64,000 nt of DNA from Bacteroidaceae bacterium (GCA_963626755.1 CAVFXN010000003.1:1482-65481); one strand, 5' to 3'; positions 8,401 through 17,847 are shown, counted from the stretch's first letter. A program made the numbers and translations. Notes: generated from the sequence alone by a model not told the origin.

Positions 8401-9855
8401 GTAATATTCACGGACATCCTTTTCCGCATGCATCCGTATTTCCGGATAATGCTCCACAAAGTGTTCCGGGTAATCCTGGCCTTCCTCCCGCATCCTCTCC
8501 TGGATCCGGTAAAAAATCCCTTCCGGTGCCAGGACTTTCCGGGAAATCAGGGTATCAAAGATATCGAAACTGTAAAGCGTCGGGAACGTCCGGTCTTGCG
8601 GGACAAATTCCAGTGTCTGGCGGATGATCTTTTCAAAGGAATCTTTTCCGGAATGTTTCCAGTAAAGGTCATTGATCCGCTGAATCCCTTCGAGATCATC
8701 TCTTTCCCGGTAGGTTTCCATGGCATCTAACAGTTCTTCAAAGCAGTAACAGAGCTTTCCTGTGGTGACTTTCATATAATCGTGGTTCAGGCCGGTCACC
8801 GCTTCCTCATAATCAAAGACATAGCGGATATAATGCGGCACGCCCGCACTGACAAAATCTGTAAAAATAGAAGAGTAGTCAATGACGGCCAGATCAATTT
8901 TATCAATGATTTCATAAAAATCATCTTTGTTATCCCAGAACCAGACATAAGGGTTCTTTTTATATTTTTCTTTCATCTTCAGGTAGGCATATTCATTTTC
9001 CATGACCGGATGCATCTTAAAGATGAAGAGTAATTTTTTCTTCTTACATACTTCGATCAGCCGATCCATGTCCGGAATCGCCAGATGGAAGGTGTCTTCC
9101 GTAAGACCCTGTCGGTAAGTCGGTGCATACACCGCAAGCTTATATTCTGCATCCAGCCCTTTCTGAGCGAGCAGATCGTGCGGAAAGGTGACAATTGGCT
9201 CAAAATATTTCTGATAAATATTCCTCGGATATCCGGCACATACGACTTTATCCTCATCCACGCCACACATCCGTTTAAAATCCTCTTCCATCATCGGGGA
9301 TGGACACAAAAACAGCTGGTTGTTTCTGTAAAACTGATTGTGCAGAATATATTTATGCGCCAGATTTTCCGCCATTCCTCCGGTGACCAGAACACGCTCC
9401 ACATCTTTGGCCCCGACACCGTGATATAAGTTTAAATATTTCACATGGTGCATCCCATCCGGGATCGCGATCTTTACCTGTTCCGCAACAAGCACCCCGG
9501 TCTTTTCTGCCGCAAGATTCGCTTCTAAGGTCCCCACCGTATAAGCACAGTATCCCAGACTCCGGACAAACGCTGTCGTCTTCTCACTTCCGCTGAGCCA
9601 GTAGGCCGTGATATCTTTTCGATATTTATTGACGTAAATAAACAAGTATTTCGGATTCCCCCGGAAATCATTCCCGGACTGCCCGGCGTTAAAAGCCCAC
9701 ACATAATTTTTATCTGTCTGCGTGATCTCACTGGCTACCTTCTGAATTTCTTTATGTGCTTCCTGGTCCAGAAAACCCTTTTTTGCGAGAAAAGAGCCAA
9801 AATACTTTTTTATTGCTTTTTTTGGTAATTGTTTGAATCGTTCTATTTTTCTCAT
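5500..9855 (-). CDS. Multidomain glycopolymer polymerase, Bcs3-like: TagF-like polyol-phosphate transferase, HAD phosphatase, ribofuranosyl (phosphoribosyl) transferase and a degenerate TagF/TagB-like C-terminal domain
   Basis: TagF motifs GNPKY, YHGVG, GYPRN, YAPTYR, KMHP, DYSS. HAD motifs FDIFDT (aa 430-435), SDMYL, HFGD. Ribofuranosyltransferase-like motifs FISRDG (aa 711) and VEYWGRGYTQ (aa 852). C-terminal ILYIPSVR...CDGKSSQRV. Confidence 0.85.
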   Translation of the reverse strand: MRKIERFKQLPKKAIKKYFGSFLAKKGFLDQEAHKEIQKVASEITQTDKNYVWAFNAGQSGNDFRGNPKYLFIYVNKYRKDITAYWLSGSEKTTAFVRSLGYCAYTVGTLEANLAAEKTGVLVAEQVKIAIPDGMHHVKYLNLYHGVGAKDVERVLVTGGMAENLAHKYILHNQFYRNNQLFLCPSPMMEEDFKRMCGVDEDKVVCAGYPRNIYQKYFEPIVTFPHDLLAQKGLDAEYKLAVYAPTYRQGLTEDTFHLAIPDMDRLIEVCKKKKLLFIFKMHPVMENEYAYLKMKEKYKKNPYVWFWDNKDDFYEIIDKIDLAVIDYSSIFTDFVSAGVPHYIRYVFDYEEAVTGLNHDYMKVTTGKLCYCFEELLDAMETYRERDDLEGIQRINDLYWKHSGKDSFEKIIRQTLEFVPQDRTFPTLYSFDIFDTLISRKVLAPEGIFYRIQERMREEGQDYPEHFVEHYPEIRMHAEKDVREYYHKTMETRHSERREIYMKDIFDKLQWIYGLTDEQASFLMETEKQEELDNSIPLEENIQKVKDLIARNETVVLISDMYLPTEVVTAMLEKADPALAKLPLFLSSEYGVQKTTKKLFMEVYKSFHPFYDFGKWIHFGDTRLPDVTMPRRLGIVARQVAKPEFNEYENMLVSKLGTYDSYLVAALMARFRAKHIFAKEKFTYNYVSLCFVPYISWVLRDAVQRGYETLYFISRDGHFLKKIADVIIEKRNLPIRTKYIYASRRTWRIPSCVNEIDEGFWLNYGNFSGVDSYKKLLKAMSITEEQFMELFPKLAYLKQSGEISLEEREKLIEIIKNSEAYREVLLEEAKKLRIPVGGYLEQEIDPNEKFAMVEYWGRGYTQESFTSIWKTIAGEDVKSYFYYSRTILPSNEDNIRYNFTTNSSSQIFIEAIFANMPYKSIEGYQEVNGKYEPVIEPIICDEELFEDMEKYLVQFAGDYESLELTDRDRTDRELYNFILDYYQEYQEDEMFVHVLAPLIDSVSIYGAKQEFAPAFTEADLQKMREKVQRGHLTRSTRISVARAFQPVQEEYRKMYQLRESDRQNTGYLLPDSTIKKNEMYAAETKKYIKGQIKKQEIYNQLAEKYPVENKILLMADEKELSYTGFYMLNQILEQQKDFQVRQIGVGESEDHEHLLAEIASARFILSLKPLIYLSMLKLREETQIIVLGESAFPYIYGKHDTPRMSKKQKEYEQATNRVDISQVQISSDYLISALAERYDIKRENSFRIRGNCQTDIYFNPTLVQSCREKLWKAFPEAKGRTVILYIPSVRYRTKQTNYKEFLNLNRLKELLGDGYAVISHIPMMDLEVVQPLTIKGFAQNITPDLFLREAVCAADIVVGDYRDTFFEATIAKKPVFMTSYDADTYLKDRKTICPIEDVLVGPVIDSEEGLAKELGRIDRYDFSKEEAFRKKYLTYCDGKSSQRVVDYLVSNK

Positions 9856-9934
9856 CCAACACTCCTAATCCATTCATAAATTTTCTTTTATTTTTGCACT
9901 AAAATCCCCGAAACGCTGTCTTTTTTTCAGTAGT

Positions 9935-9963
9935 ATTATACCTTGATATTCCCAAGGAATCAA
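9935..9963 (-). promoter_or_regulatory. Sigma-A promoter of the polymerase gene with a palindromic spacer
   Basis: TTGATT-N17-TATAAT on the minus strand; the spacer is CCTTG-N7-CAAGG. Confidence 0.7.
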
Positions 9964-9989
9964 TAGTTAGTCCATGTGGGAAAAGTTCC

Positions 9990-10018
9990 TTTACAAAATC
10001 GTTGTTTCATGCTACACT
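9990..10018 (+). promoter_or_regulatory. Sigma-A promoter of the que operon
   Basis: TTTACA-N17-TACACT with extended TG, just upstream of the riboswitch. Confidence 0.65.
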
Positions 10019-10028
10019 TCATGGGAAA

Positions 10029-10070
10029 AGACAGTTCATTTGTACCATCCTGTCTATAAATAAAACCAGG
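10029..10070 (+). promoter_or_regulatory. preQ1-I riboswitch aptamer
   Basis: P1 stem AGACAG/CTGTCT, loop starting TTC and ending ACCATC, A-rich tail ATAAATAAAAC; lies upstream of queD. Confidence 0.85.
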
Positions 10071-10096
10071 ACAGCATGATAACAGAGATCTTAACC

Positions 10097-10127
10097 GGAT
10101 GCTGTGGTTTTCACAGTGTCTTTTTTT
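10097..10127 (+). terminator. Riboswitch-controlled terminator
   Basis: GGATGCTGTG/CACAGTGTCT stem followed by a T run. ACAGCAT (10071-10077) can pair with ATGCTGT as an antiterminator. Confidence 0.75.
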
Positions 10128-10200
10128 GATGCTGCCATAATTTCACCGGTTTTGGGACGATATTCCTCCGTATGCCGCAGCATCTTTTTGGGAGGTTTTT

Positions 10201-10629
10201 ATGTATATTTTACAAACAGAGCAATCTTTTGATGCCGCTCATTTTTTAAGTGGATATCAGGGTAAATGCAGCAATATTCACGGACACCGCTGGAGGGTGG
10301 TCGCGCGAATTGCCCGGGAAGCATTAAATAAAGAGGGACAGGCGCGGGACATGGTCCTTGATTTTAGCGATTTCAAACAGGCACTGTCTCAGCTTACGGA
10401 TGCGCTGGACCATACCTTTATTTTTGAAGACGGATCCCTGCGCCCATCCACATTAGAAGCACTGAAACAGGAGGGGTTTGCCTTCCATGTGGTTCCCTTC
10501 CGCCCGACTGCAGAGCAGTTTTCCCGGTATTTTTACGAAGCATTAAAGGAACTTTCCTTCCCGGTGTATGATGTTTCCGTCTATGAAACCCCGACAAACT
10601 GTGCGACCTACCAGGAGGCCTCCTTATGA
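10201..10629 (+). CDS. queD: 6-carboxytetrahydropterin synthase
   Basis: FDAAHFL, KCSNIHGHRW, LDH, PTAE and YETP motifs. Confidence 0.95.
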   Translation: MYILQTEQSFDAAHFLSGYQGKCSNIHGHRWRVVARIAREALNKEGQARDMVLDFSDFKQALSQLTDALDHTFIFEDGSLRPSTLEALKQEGFAFHVVPFRPTAEQFSRYFYEALKELSFPVYDVSVYETPTNCATYQEASL

Positions 10630-11291
10630 TTTCCTGGCCGATTGTAGAAAAGTTTGTCAGCATTAACGGGGAGGGTCAAAAGGCCGGGATGCTTTCCGCT
10701 TTTATCCGCATCAGGGGCTGTAATCTTTCCTGTAGCTACTGCGATACTGCCTGGGCGAATGTGCCAGACTGCCCCTGCCATTTTCTTTCTTCCGATGAAA
10801 TCATCCACTGGCTGGAAGAGATGGAGGTAGATAAGGTGACACTGACCGGGGGAGAGCCCCTTCTGGCAGAGAATATTTCTGTTTTGATCGAAGCACTGGG
10901 CACCGCCGGGATGGATGTGGAAATCGAGACCAACGGCAGCATTTCGCTTTCTGATTTCTGTCATCTCTCACCCCGCCCTGCATTTACCATGGATTATAAA
11001 TGTCCGGACAGCGGGATGGAAAAGGCGATGCTGCTTTCGAATTTTTCTTTACTTACCAAAAAAGATACCGTAAAATTTGTGGTAAGCAGTCAAAAAGACC
11101 TGGAGAGAGCCAGGGAGATTTCTGAGAATTACCACCTGTCTTCCCGGTGTCCGATTTATTTAAGCCCGGTTTTCGGAAAGATAGAACCAAAAGATATCGT
11201 TACCTATATGATAAAACACCATTGGAATGAAGCACGGCTCCAGCTGCAGATGCATAAATTCATCTGGCCGCCGGAACAGCGTGGTGTATAA
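10626..11291 (+). CDS. queE: 7-carboxy-7-deazaguanine synthase (radical SAM)
   Basis: SINGEG, GCNLSCSYCDT, LTGGEP, ETNG and LQLQMHK motifs. Confidence 0.95.
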   Translation: MISWPIVEKFVSINGEGQKAGMLSAFIRIRGCNLSCSYCDTAWANVPDCPCHFLSSDEIIHWLEEMEVDKVTLTGGEPLLAENISVLIEALGTAGMDVEIETNGSISLSDFCHLSPRPAFTMDYKCPDSGMEKAMLLSNFSLLTKKDTVKFVVSSQKDLERAREISENYHLSSRCPIYLSPVFGKIEPKDIVTYMIKHHWNEARLQLQMHKFIWPPEQRGV

Positions 11292-11319
11292 ATAAATACG
11301 AACTAAGGGAGGAATAGCA

Positions 11320-11910
11320 ATGGCCATTGATAAAGATGCCATCCGGAAGCATATCCGTGGGATTCTGATCGCGCTCGGAGAAGATCCGGATCGGGAAGGT
11401 TTAAAAGAAACGCCAGACCGGGTAGCCCGCATGTATGAAGAAGTGTTTGAAGGAATGAATTACAGCAACCATGAAATTGCGATGATGTATGATAAATCAT
11501 TTAAGGATGATCTCTGCGTCGGAAAGGATACCAATGATATTGTTCTGGTCAAAGATATCCCTGTTTTCAGTTATTGCGAACACCACATCGCCCTGATGTA
11601 TGATATGTCCGTTTCGGTTGCCTACATTCCGACAGACCGTGTATTAGGACTGAGCAAAATTGCCCGCATCTGTGATATGGTTTCCAAACGTCTCCAGCTG
11701 CAGGAGCGAATTGGCTCGGATGTGGCAGAGATTATGTGTGAGGCGGCGCAGACAGAAGATGTGGCCGTGATCATCCGGGGAGTACACAGCTGCATGAGTG
11801 CCAGAGGCATAAAAAAAGACAGTGCTTCTACGGTCACCACGACACTCCGCGGCCGCTTTGAAACCGATTCATCCATACAAAACCAGCTTGCCATGATGCT
11901 GCAAGCTTAA
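11320..11910 (+). CDS. folE: GTP cyclohydrolase I
   Basis: [33 protein letters not shown] and HSCMSARG motifs. Confidence 0.95.
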   Translation: MAIDKDAIRKHIRGILIALGEDPDREGLKETPDRVARMYEEVFEGMNYSNHEIAMMYDKSFKDDLCVGKDTNDIVLVKDIPVFSYCEHHIALMYDMSVSVAYIPTDRVLGLSKIARICDMVSKRLQLQERIGSDVAEIMCEAAQTEDVAVIIRGVHSCMSARGIKKDSASTVTTTLRGRFETDSSIQNQLAMMLQA

Positions 11911-11926
11911 GACCAGGAGGATTTTT

Positions 11927-12598
11927 ATGCAACAATTAAAAAATAAAGAAGCAGCTGTCGTTGTTTTCAGCGGCGGCCAGGACAGCACTACCTGCCTTTT
12001 CTGGGCAAAAAAACGTTACAAAAATGTGATTGCCTTATCCTTTGATTACCAGCAAAAACACGTAAAGGAACTGGAATGTGCGAAAAAGATATGCCAGGAA
12101 CATGGGATCGAGCACCATATTATGGATATGAGCCTTCTCAATCAACTGGCCCCGAATTCCCTGACCCGCACAGAGATTCCCGTAGATGAATCGGCACCGG
12201 AAGAGGGAGTTCCCAACAGTTTTGTGGACGGAAGAAATCTTTTGTTCCTGTCCTATGCCGCTGTGTTCGCCAAACAAAGAAATATTACCGACGTCATCAC
12301 CGGTGTCTCCCAGAGTGATTTCTCCGGCTATCCGGACTGCCGGGATGTCTTCATTAAATCGTTAAATACCACCCTGTGTCTTGCCATGGATTATCCGTTC
12401 GACATCATCACACCACTGATGTGGCTGGATAAAAAAGAGACCTGGGAACTGGCCGATCAGCTGGGCGTATTTTCGATTATCAAAAACGAAACGCTTACCT
12501 GCTATAATGGTATTCCCGGAGATGGCTGCGGTCATTGCCCATCCTGCAAGCTCCGGAAAAAAGGGCTGGATGCCTATCTTGCTTCCAAAAACCAGTAA
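11927..12598 (+). CDS. queC: 7-cyano-7-deazaguanine synthase
   Basis: [21 protein letters not shown] and [10 protein letters not shown] motifs. Confidence 0.95.
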   Translation: MQQLKNKEAAVVVFSGGQDSTTCLFWAKKRYKNVIALSFDYQQKHVKELECAKKICQEHGIEHHIMDMSLLNQLAPNSLTRTEIPVDESAPEEGVPNSFVDGRNLLFLSYAAVFAKQRNITDVITGVSQSDFSGYPDCRDVFIKSLNTTLCLAMDYPFDIITPLMWLDKKETWELADQLGVFSIIKNETLTCYNGIPGDGCGHCPSCKLRKKGLDAYLASKNQ

Positions 12599-12666
12599 AG
12601 CATCTTTGCAGAAAGCAGTTGGATAAACACAACGTTTTTTGTCAAGGCATAACAAGCAGACAAACG

Positions 12667-12727
12667 AACAGACTGCCACAGTAAAACAGCAGCGTAATGC
12701 ATCCTTACTGTGACAGTCTGTTTTTTT
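12667..12727. terminator. Hairpin between convergent queC and HPr-like gene (likely terminator)
   Basis: AACAGACTG(C)CACAGTAA ... TTACTGTG(A)CAGTCTGTT followed by a T run on the plus strand. Confidence 0.7.
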
Positions 12728-12763
12728 CTCTATCAAGTTTTTCTCAGTGAAACCAGCAACTTC

Positions 12764-13027
12764 CTATTTTTCCAGTCCTCCTGCTAAAATAGCTGACATT
12801 GCCTGCAATGCTTCCTCTTCATCCGGGCCATCACAGACGCATTCTACCGTATCACCCTGGCGGAAAGTCCCACTAACCAAATTAATGATACTTTTGGCAT
12901 TCACGTCCATATATTCCGTTTGAAAATGAATCTGACAATCAAACCGGTCGGCGACATTTGCAATCTCATTCGCTGGCTCCAAATCAATTCCCTGTGCATT
13001 CGTAATCGTCAGCTTTGCCCGTACCAT
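12764..13027 (-). CDS. HPr-family protein lacking His15 (Crh-like)
   Basis: HPr size and NAKS46 motif; GIDLEPA replaces GLHARPA; strong GGAGGAGG RBS before ATG at 13027. Confidence 0.85.
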   Translation of the reverse strand: MVRAKLTITNAQGIDLEPANEIANVADRFDCQIHFQTEYMDVNAKSIINLVSGTFRQGDTVECVCDGPDEEEALQAMSAILAGGLEK

Positions 13028-13072
13028 AAACAAACTCCTCCTCCATACAAATCTCTTCGATTGGTTTGTCTT

Positions 13073-13101
13073 ATCTTACCATACTTGGTATGATATTGCA
13101 A
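13073..13101 (-). promoter_or_regulatory. Sigma-A promoter of the HPr-like gene
   Basis: TTGCAA-N17-TAAGAT; the spacer contains the dyad CATAC-N3-GTATG. Confidence 0.6.
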
Positions 13102-13136
13102 TGTGAACAGGAGCAGATCCATGGGAACCGTCACTC

Positions 13137-13517
13137 TCATCCCTTGATCGCGATCAGCTCTATCTCAACCAGAAAATCTTTCGGGAGTCTTGCCGCTTCC
13201 ACACAGGAGCGTGCCGGAAAATCCCCATGGAAATAAGAGGCATAAATCTCATTCACTTTTCCGAAATCATCCATATTTTTAAGGAATACGGTTGTTTTTA
13301 CCGTCTGATCCAGATTGCTGCCCGCATCAGCGAGAAGACCTTTGAGATTCTCCAATACCTGTTTCGTCTGCTCTTCCACGGTCTCTCCTACTTTCCCTGT
13401 CTCCGGATCGATACCAATAACTCCGGAGGTATAAATCAACCCATTGACCTCGATGGCCTGGGAATATGGTCCGAGTGCTGCCGGTGCTTTCTTTGATGCA
13501 ATAACTTTCTTTTCCAT
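13137..13517 (-). CDS. ridA: RidA family enamine/imine deaminase
   Basis: APAALGPYSQA, KTTVFL, FPARSCV and LVEIE motifs. Confidence 0.92.
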   Translation of the reverse strand: MEKKVIASKKAPAALGPYSQAIEVNGLIYTSGVIGIDPETGKVGETVEEQTKQVLENLKGLLADAGSNLDQTVKTTVFLKNMDDFGKVNEIYASYFHGDFPARSCVEAARLPKDFLVEIELIAIKG

Positions 13518-13644
13518 TTTTTTGTTTCCTTTCTATTTTGATATCTATTTTTATCGCGAATTACAGAATGGATTCGCAGATAAGCCTTACTGTGACAGGA
13601 TTTCTGCCCTGACAGGATCCTTCAGGCTATTACCTGTTACCCGG

Positions 13645-14358
13645 TTAATGGATCTCAAGCGAAAACTGCTGTCCTGGGGCGGTAATATCCATAATCTGCC
13701 CTGTCAGGAACTTCTTCTCATTTTTTTCTTTATATGCCCTGACATAGGCATACTGTTCCCAAAAATGAATCGGGAAAATATAATGGGCACCCACGTTTTT
13801 TATGAAATAATCCATGCCAAGGGTTCCGGATTCTTCCTGCCGTGGATCTAATACGACAAAGGCACAGTCGATCTTTTCCTGGCAGATCCGTTTCATTTCT
13901 TCTTTGTAGCACTCTCCCATCCTGCGATTCTCTTCTTCCGGCTCTCCCGGCCAGTCCCACCAGTGAAGATCTCCTGCATGGTACAGTACCACCCCGTCTG
14001 CCTTCACCAAAAAGGCAACACCCTCATCGGTTGATTTCAAAGTCCGGATGCTGTATTCGTCCAGTATCTTTTCTTCATAAGGTTTCATAAAAAGGACGTT
14101 CTCCGCCTTTTTCCAAAAACTGCTGGCTCTTTTGATATCCGATGACAGCACATAGGTTACTTTACAGCATCGATTTTCCAGTTTAAAGATATCCTTTGTA
14201 TAGTGATCATGATGAGCATGACTGGCAAAAACATACAGCGGTTTCTCATATTGTAACGGAGGAAGTTCTCCTTTCCAGTAGTCAAATAAAAAATATTTCT
14301 GATCTGTCTCCACCAAAAAGCCGCTATGCTCCAGATAAGTTACAAAAAGGTTTTTCAT
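13645..14358 (-). CDS. MBL-fold metallo-hydrolase
   Basis: HSGFLVE, SHAHHDH, HAGDL and PIHF motifs. Confidence 0.85.
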   Translation of the reverse strand: MKNLFVTYLEHSGFLVETDQKYFLFDYWKGELPPLQYEKPLYVFASHAHHDHYTKDIFKLENRCCKVTYVLSSDIKRASSFWKKAENVLFMKPYEEKILDEYSIRTLKSTDEGVAFLVKADGVVLYHAGDLHWWDWPGEPEEENRRMGECYKEEMKRICQEKIDCAFVVLDPRQEESGTLGMDYFIKNVGAHYIFPIHFWEQYAYVRAYKEKNEKKFLTGQIMDITAPGQQFSLEIH

Positions 14359-14416
14359 CTTATCTCACTTCCTTTCTTGACACTCTCCAGACCGAAAGGC
14401 CCTCTTTAATTTCAAC

Positions 14417-14445
14417 ATTGTATCACTTTTTCTCTATATTCTCAA
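14417..14445 (-). promoter_or_regulatory. Sigma-A promoter of the MBL hydrolase gene
   Basis: TTGAGA-N17-TACAAT with extended TG. Confidence 0.65.
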
Positions 14446-14456
14446 CTGAATTTATA

Positions 14457-14690
14457 GTGAACCTCTCCGCCTAAGCTTACGCTATAGACGGGATGTGTGC
14501 TCATTGAAAACCGAAATGGTTTTTATCAAGAGTCGCTCGCATATTTAAATCAAGACTCGCTTGCGAGTCTTGCGCGCCGAATTCGGGGCTGCTTTAGCGG
14601 ACAGATACCTCTCCGAATCCGTTTGTATTTTCTCGGCAGTTTTTTAGATACCAGGAAATTTCATTTCCTGGTATCTAAAAAACTGCCGCT
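14457..14690 (-). mobile_element. Non-coding multi-hairpin element, possibly a non-autonomous IS200/IS605-type or REP-like repeat
   Basis: Perfect 26-bp inverted repeat at 14634-14688; hairpin CAAGACTCGC/GCGAGTCTTG at 14551-14572; terminal imperfect hairpin followed by GGTTCAC on the minus strand. The 72 bp at 14550-14621 recur at 35341-35412. Confidence 0.5.
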
Positions 14691-14791
14691 TCCCGATTCT
14701 CCAATCGTGAAAGCGACAGCCTCCTCGTATGATCAATTAGCAATCAATCGCCTGTTCAATTTTTAATGACTGCATGTGCAAAAGGCAGTGC

Positions 14792-16315
<1,524 letters not shown>

Positions 16316-16519
16316 TCAACATAGTCAGATTTTCCAAAACCCCTCTGACTTGTAACTCTATTTTAGCACATTTTAATAGTTCTGTATTTAGACAATTCAA
16401 TTTTTTTGTATATTTCTATCATCTTTTTGCATAATAACCGCGATATTTCAAAGGGGTTTTTGAAGCATATTAAATAATGGCTTTTTTATGGCTTTGTTTA
16501 TTATTGTTGTTTTTTTTAA

Positions 16520-17299
16520 TTATTTTGAGAAAAATTCTCTCTGGCGCAGACTCTCATACATCAGGATCGTCGCGGCGGCAGCGGCGTTTAAGGATTCCAC
16601 GTTGCCTTTCATCGGTATGGTGATCAGGGCATCCGCCAAGGATGCCATTTCCGGCGTCAATCCGTTCCCCTCATTTCCGATGAGGAAAGCACAGCCTTTC
16701 CTGTAATCATGACGGTAGAAATTATCTCCTTTCAGATGAGCCGCATAGACCTGAATCCCTGCTTTTTTCATCGAAGCGACTGCTTCGGATAAATCCTCCA
16801 CAATAAGAAAAGGAACCCGGAAGACGGCTCCCATCGTGGAGCGGATCACTTTGGGATTATAGGGATCGACCGTTTCCCGGTTCATGATAATGCCCGTGAT
16901 ACCGGCTGCCTCTCCTGTTCGGATCATCGTCCCAAGATTTCCGGGGTCCTGCAGGTTTTCCAGAAGGAAAAAACAGGGTTTTTTTTCTTTTTTTAACAAA
17001 AGATCCAGTGAGGGTTCCTGCCGCTTTACCAAAGCAATAACCCCCTGGGGTGTTTTCGTGTCCGACAGGTACCGACAAACCGTATCACTAATGACCTCAT
17101 AGCGGTACTCTTTCATCCGGTCTCCATATTTATGAAGAAATTCTTCTGTTACATAGCATTCGCAAAGCCGGTCCGCCGGTGTCTCAAAAAACATCCTCGG
17201 ACCTTCCACCAAAAAACAATTTTCATCTTTTCTTGCTTTTGCACTTTTTTGCAAATGGACCATATGTTTCACTTTTGCGTTGGATGTACTGGAAATCAT
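16520..17299 (-). CDS. TrmH/SpoU family RNA methyltransferase
   Basis: QDPGNLGTMIRT, GNEGNGL and IPMKGNVESLNAA motifs. Confidence 0.92.
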   Translation of the reverse strand: MISSTSNAKVKHMVHLQKSAKARKDENCFLVEGPRMFFETPADRLCECYVTEEFLHKYGDRMKEYRYEVISDTVCRYLSDTKTPQGVIALVKRQEPSLDLLLKKEKKPCFFLLENLQDPGNLGTMIRTGEAAGITGIIMNRETVDPYNPKVIRSTMGAVFRVPFLIVEDLSEAVASMKKAGIQVYAAHLKGDNFYRHDYRKGCAFLIGNEGNGLTPEMASLADALITIPMKGNVESLNAAAAATILMYESLRQREFFSK

Positions 17300-17847
17300 T
17301 GTTTCTCCATCTCTCCCTTGTCATGATATATTTTTTCTACCAGCCAGGACAATTCGCCCACAATCTCTTCGATCGGCTCACGGAAGTCATTTTCCGCCCA
17401 CTCCAGTACATACTGAGTGATACCGATGGTAAGAAAGTGTGCGGCAAAATCCCGCCGTCTGGCCTCCTGGGTCGAAGCTGACTTTTTCTCAAAAGCCCTG
17501 TTGGCAATCCCACGGAAAATAATGGGATAAATCGCTTTTTTTAAATAGGAGGCTTCTACGTTTGCCAGGATATTTTTTATGATGACACGGTTTTCTTTGA
17601 GCCAGCAAAGGAAATATTTTATGGTGCATTCCCAGGATAACTCATCATAAATCCGGCCTTCATTGATCAGTTCATATTCAAATGCCCTTACCATCAGGTC
17701 ATAAATATTATCAAAATGGTAGTAAAATGTCTGTCGATTAACACCGCACTGCATCGCGATTCTCTGTATTGTAATTTTGGAAAAAGGAAATTTGCGAAGT
17801 AATTCCATAAAAGCACTGCATAACAGGTTCTCTGTCTTTTGTTTCAT
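17296..17847 (-). CDS. TetR/AcrR family regulator
   Basis: HTH KITIQRIAMQCGVNRQTFYYHF; TTG start. Confidence 0.88.
   Translation of the reverse strand: MKQKTENLLCSAFMELLRKFPFSKITIQRIAMQCGVNRQTFYYHFDNIYDLMVRAFEYELINEGRIYDELSWECTIKYFLCWLKENRVIIKNILANVEASYLKKAIYPIIFRGIANRAFEKKSASTQEARRRDFAAHFLTIGITQYVLEWAENDFREPIEEIVGELSWLVEKIYHDKGEMEKQ

Noticed and set aside
8005..8730. 241-aa plus-strand ORF (and a similar one at 61247-61951)
   Set aside because: Antisense to well-supported genes, with atypical composition.
10201..12598. dpd DNA-modification island
   Set aside because: No dpdA or tgt paralogue, helicase or nuclease nearby, and a preQ1 riboswitch points to tRNA queuosine supply.
12703..13598. 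14-bp match CCTTACTGTGACAG at 12703 and 13585 as element boundaries
   Set aside because: It flanks ordinary genes (HPr-like, ridA) with no recombinase; too short to support a mobile unit.
14497..14766. 89-aa ORF in the hairpin region
   Set aside because: It runs through perfect inverted repeats and has no RBS or transposase motifs.
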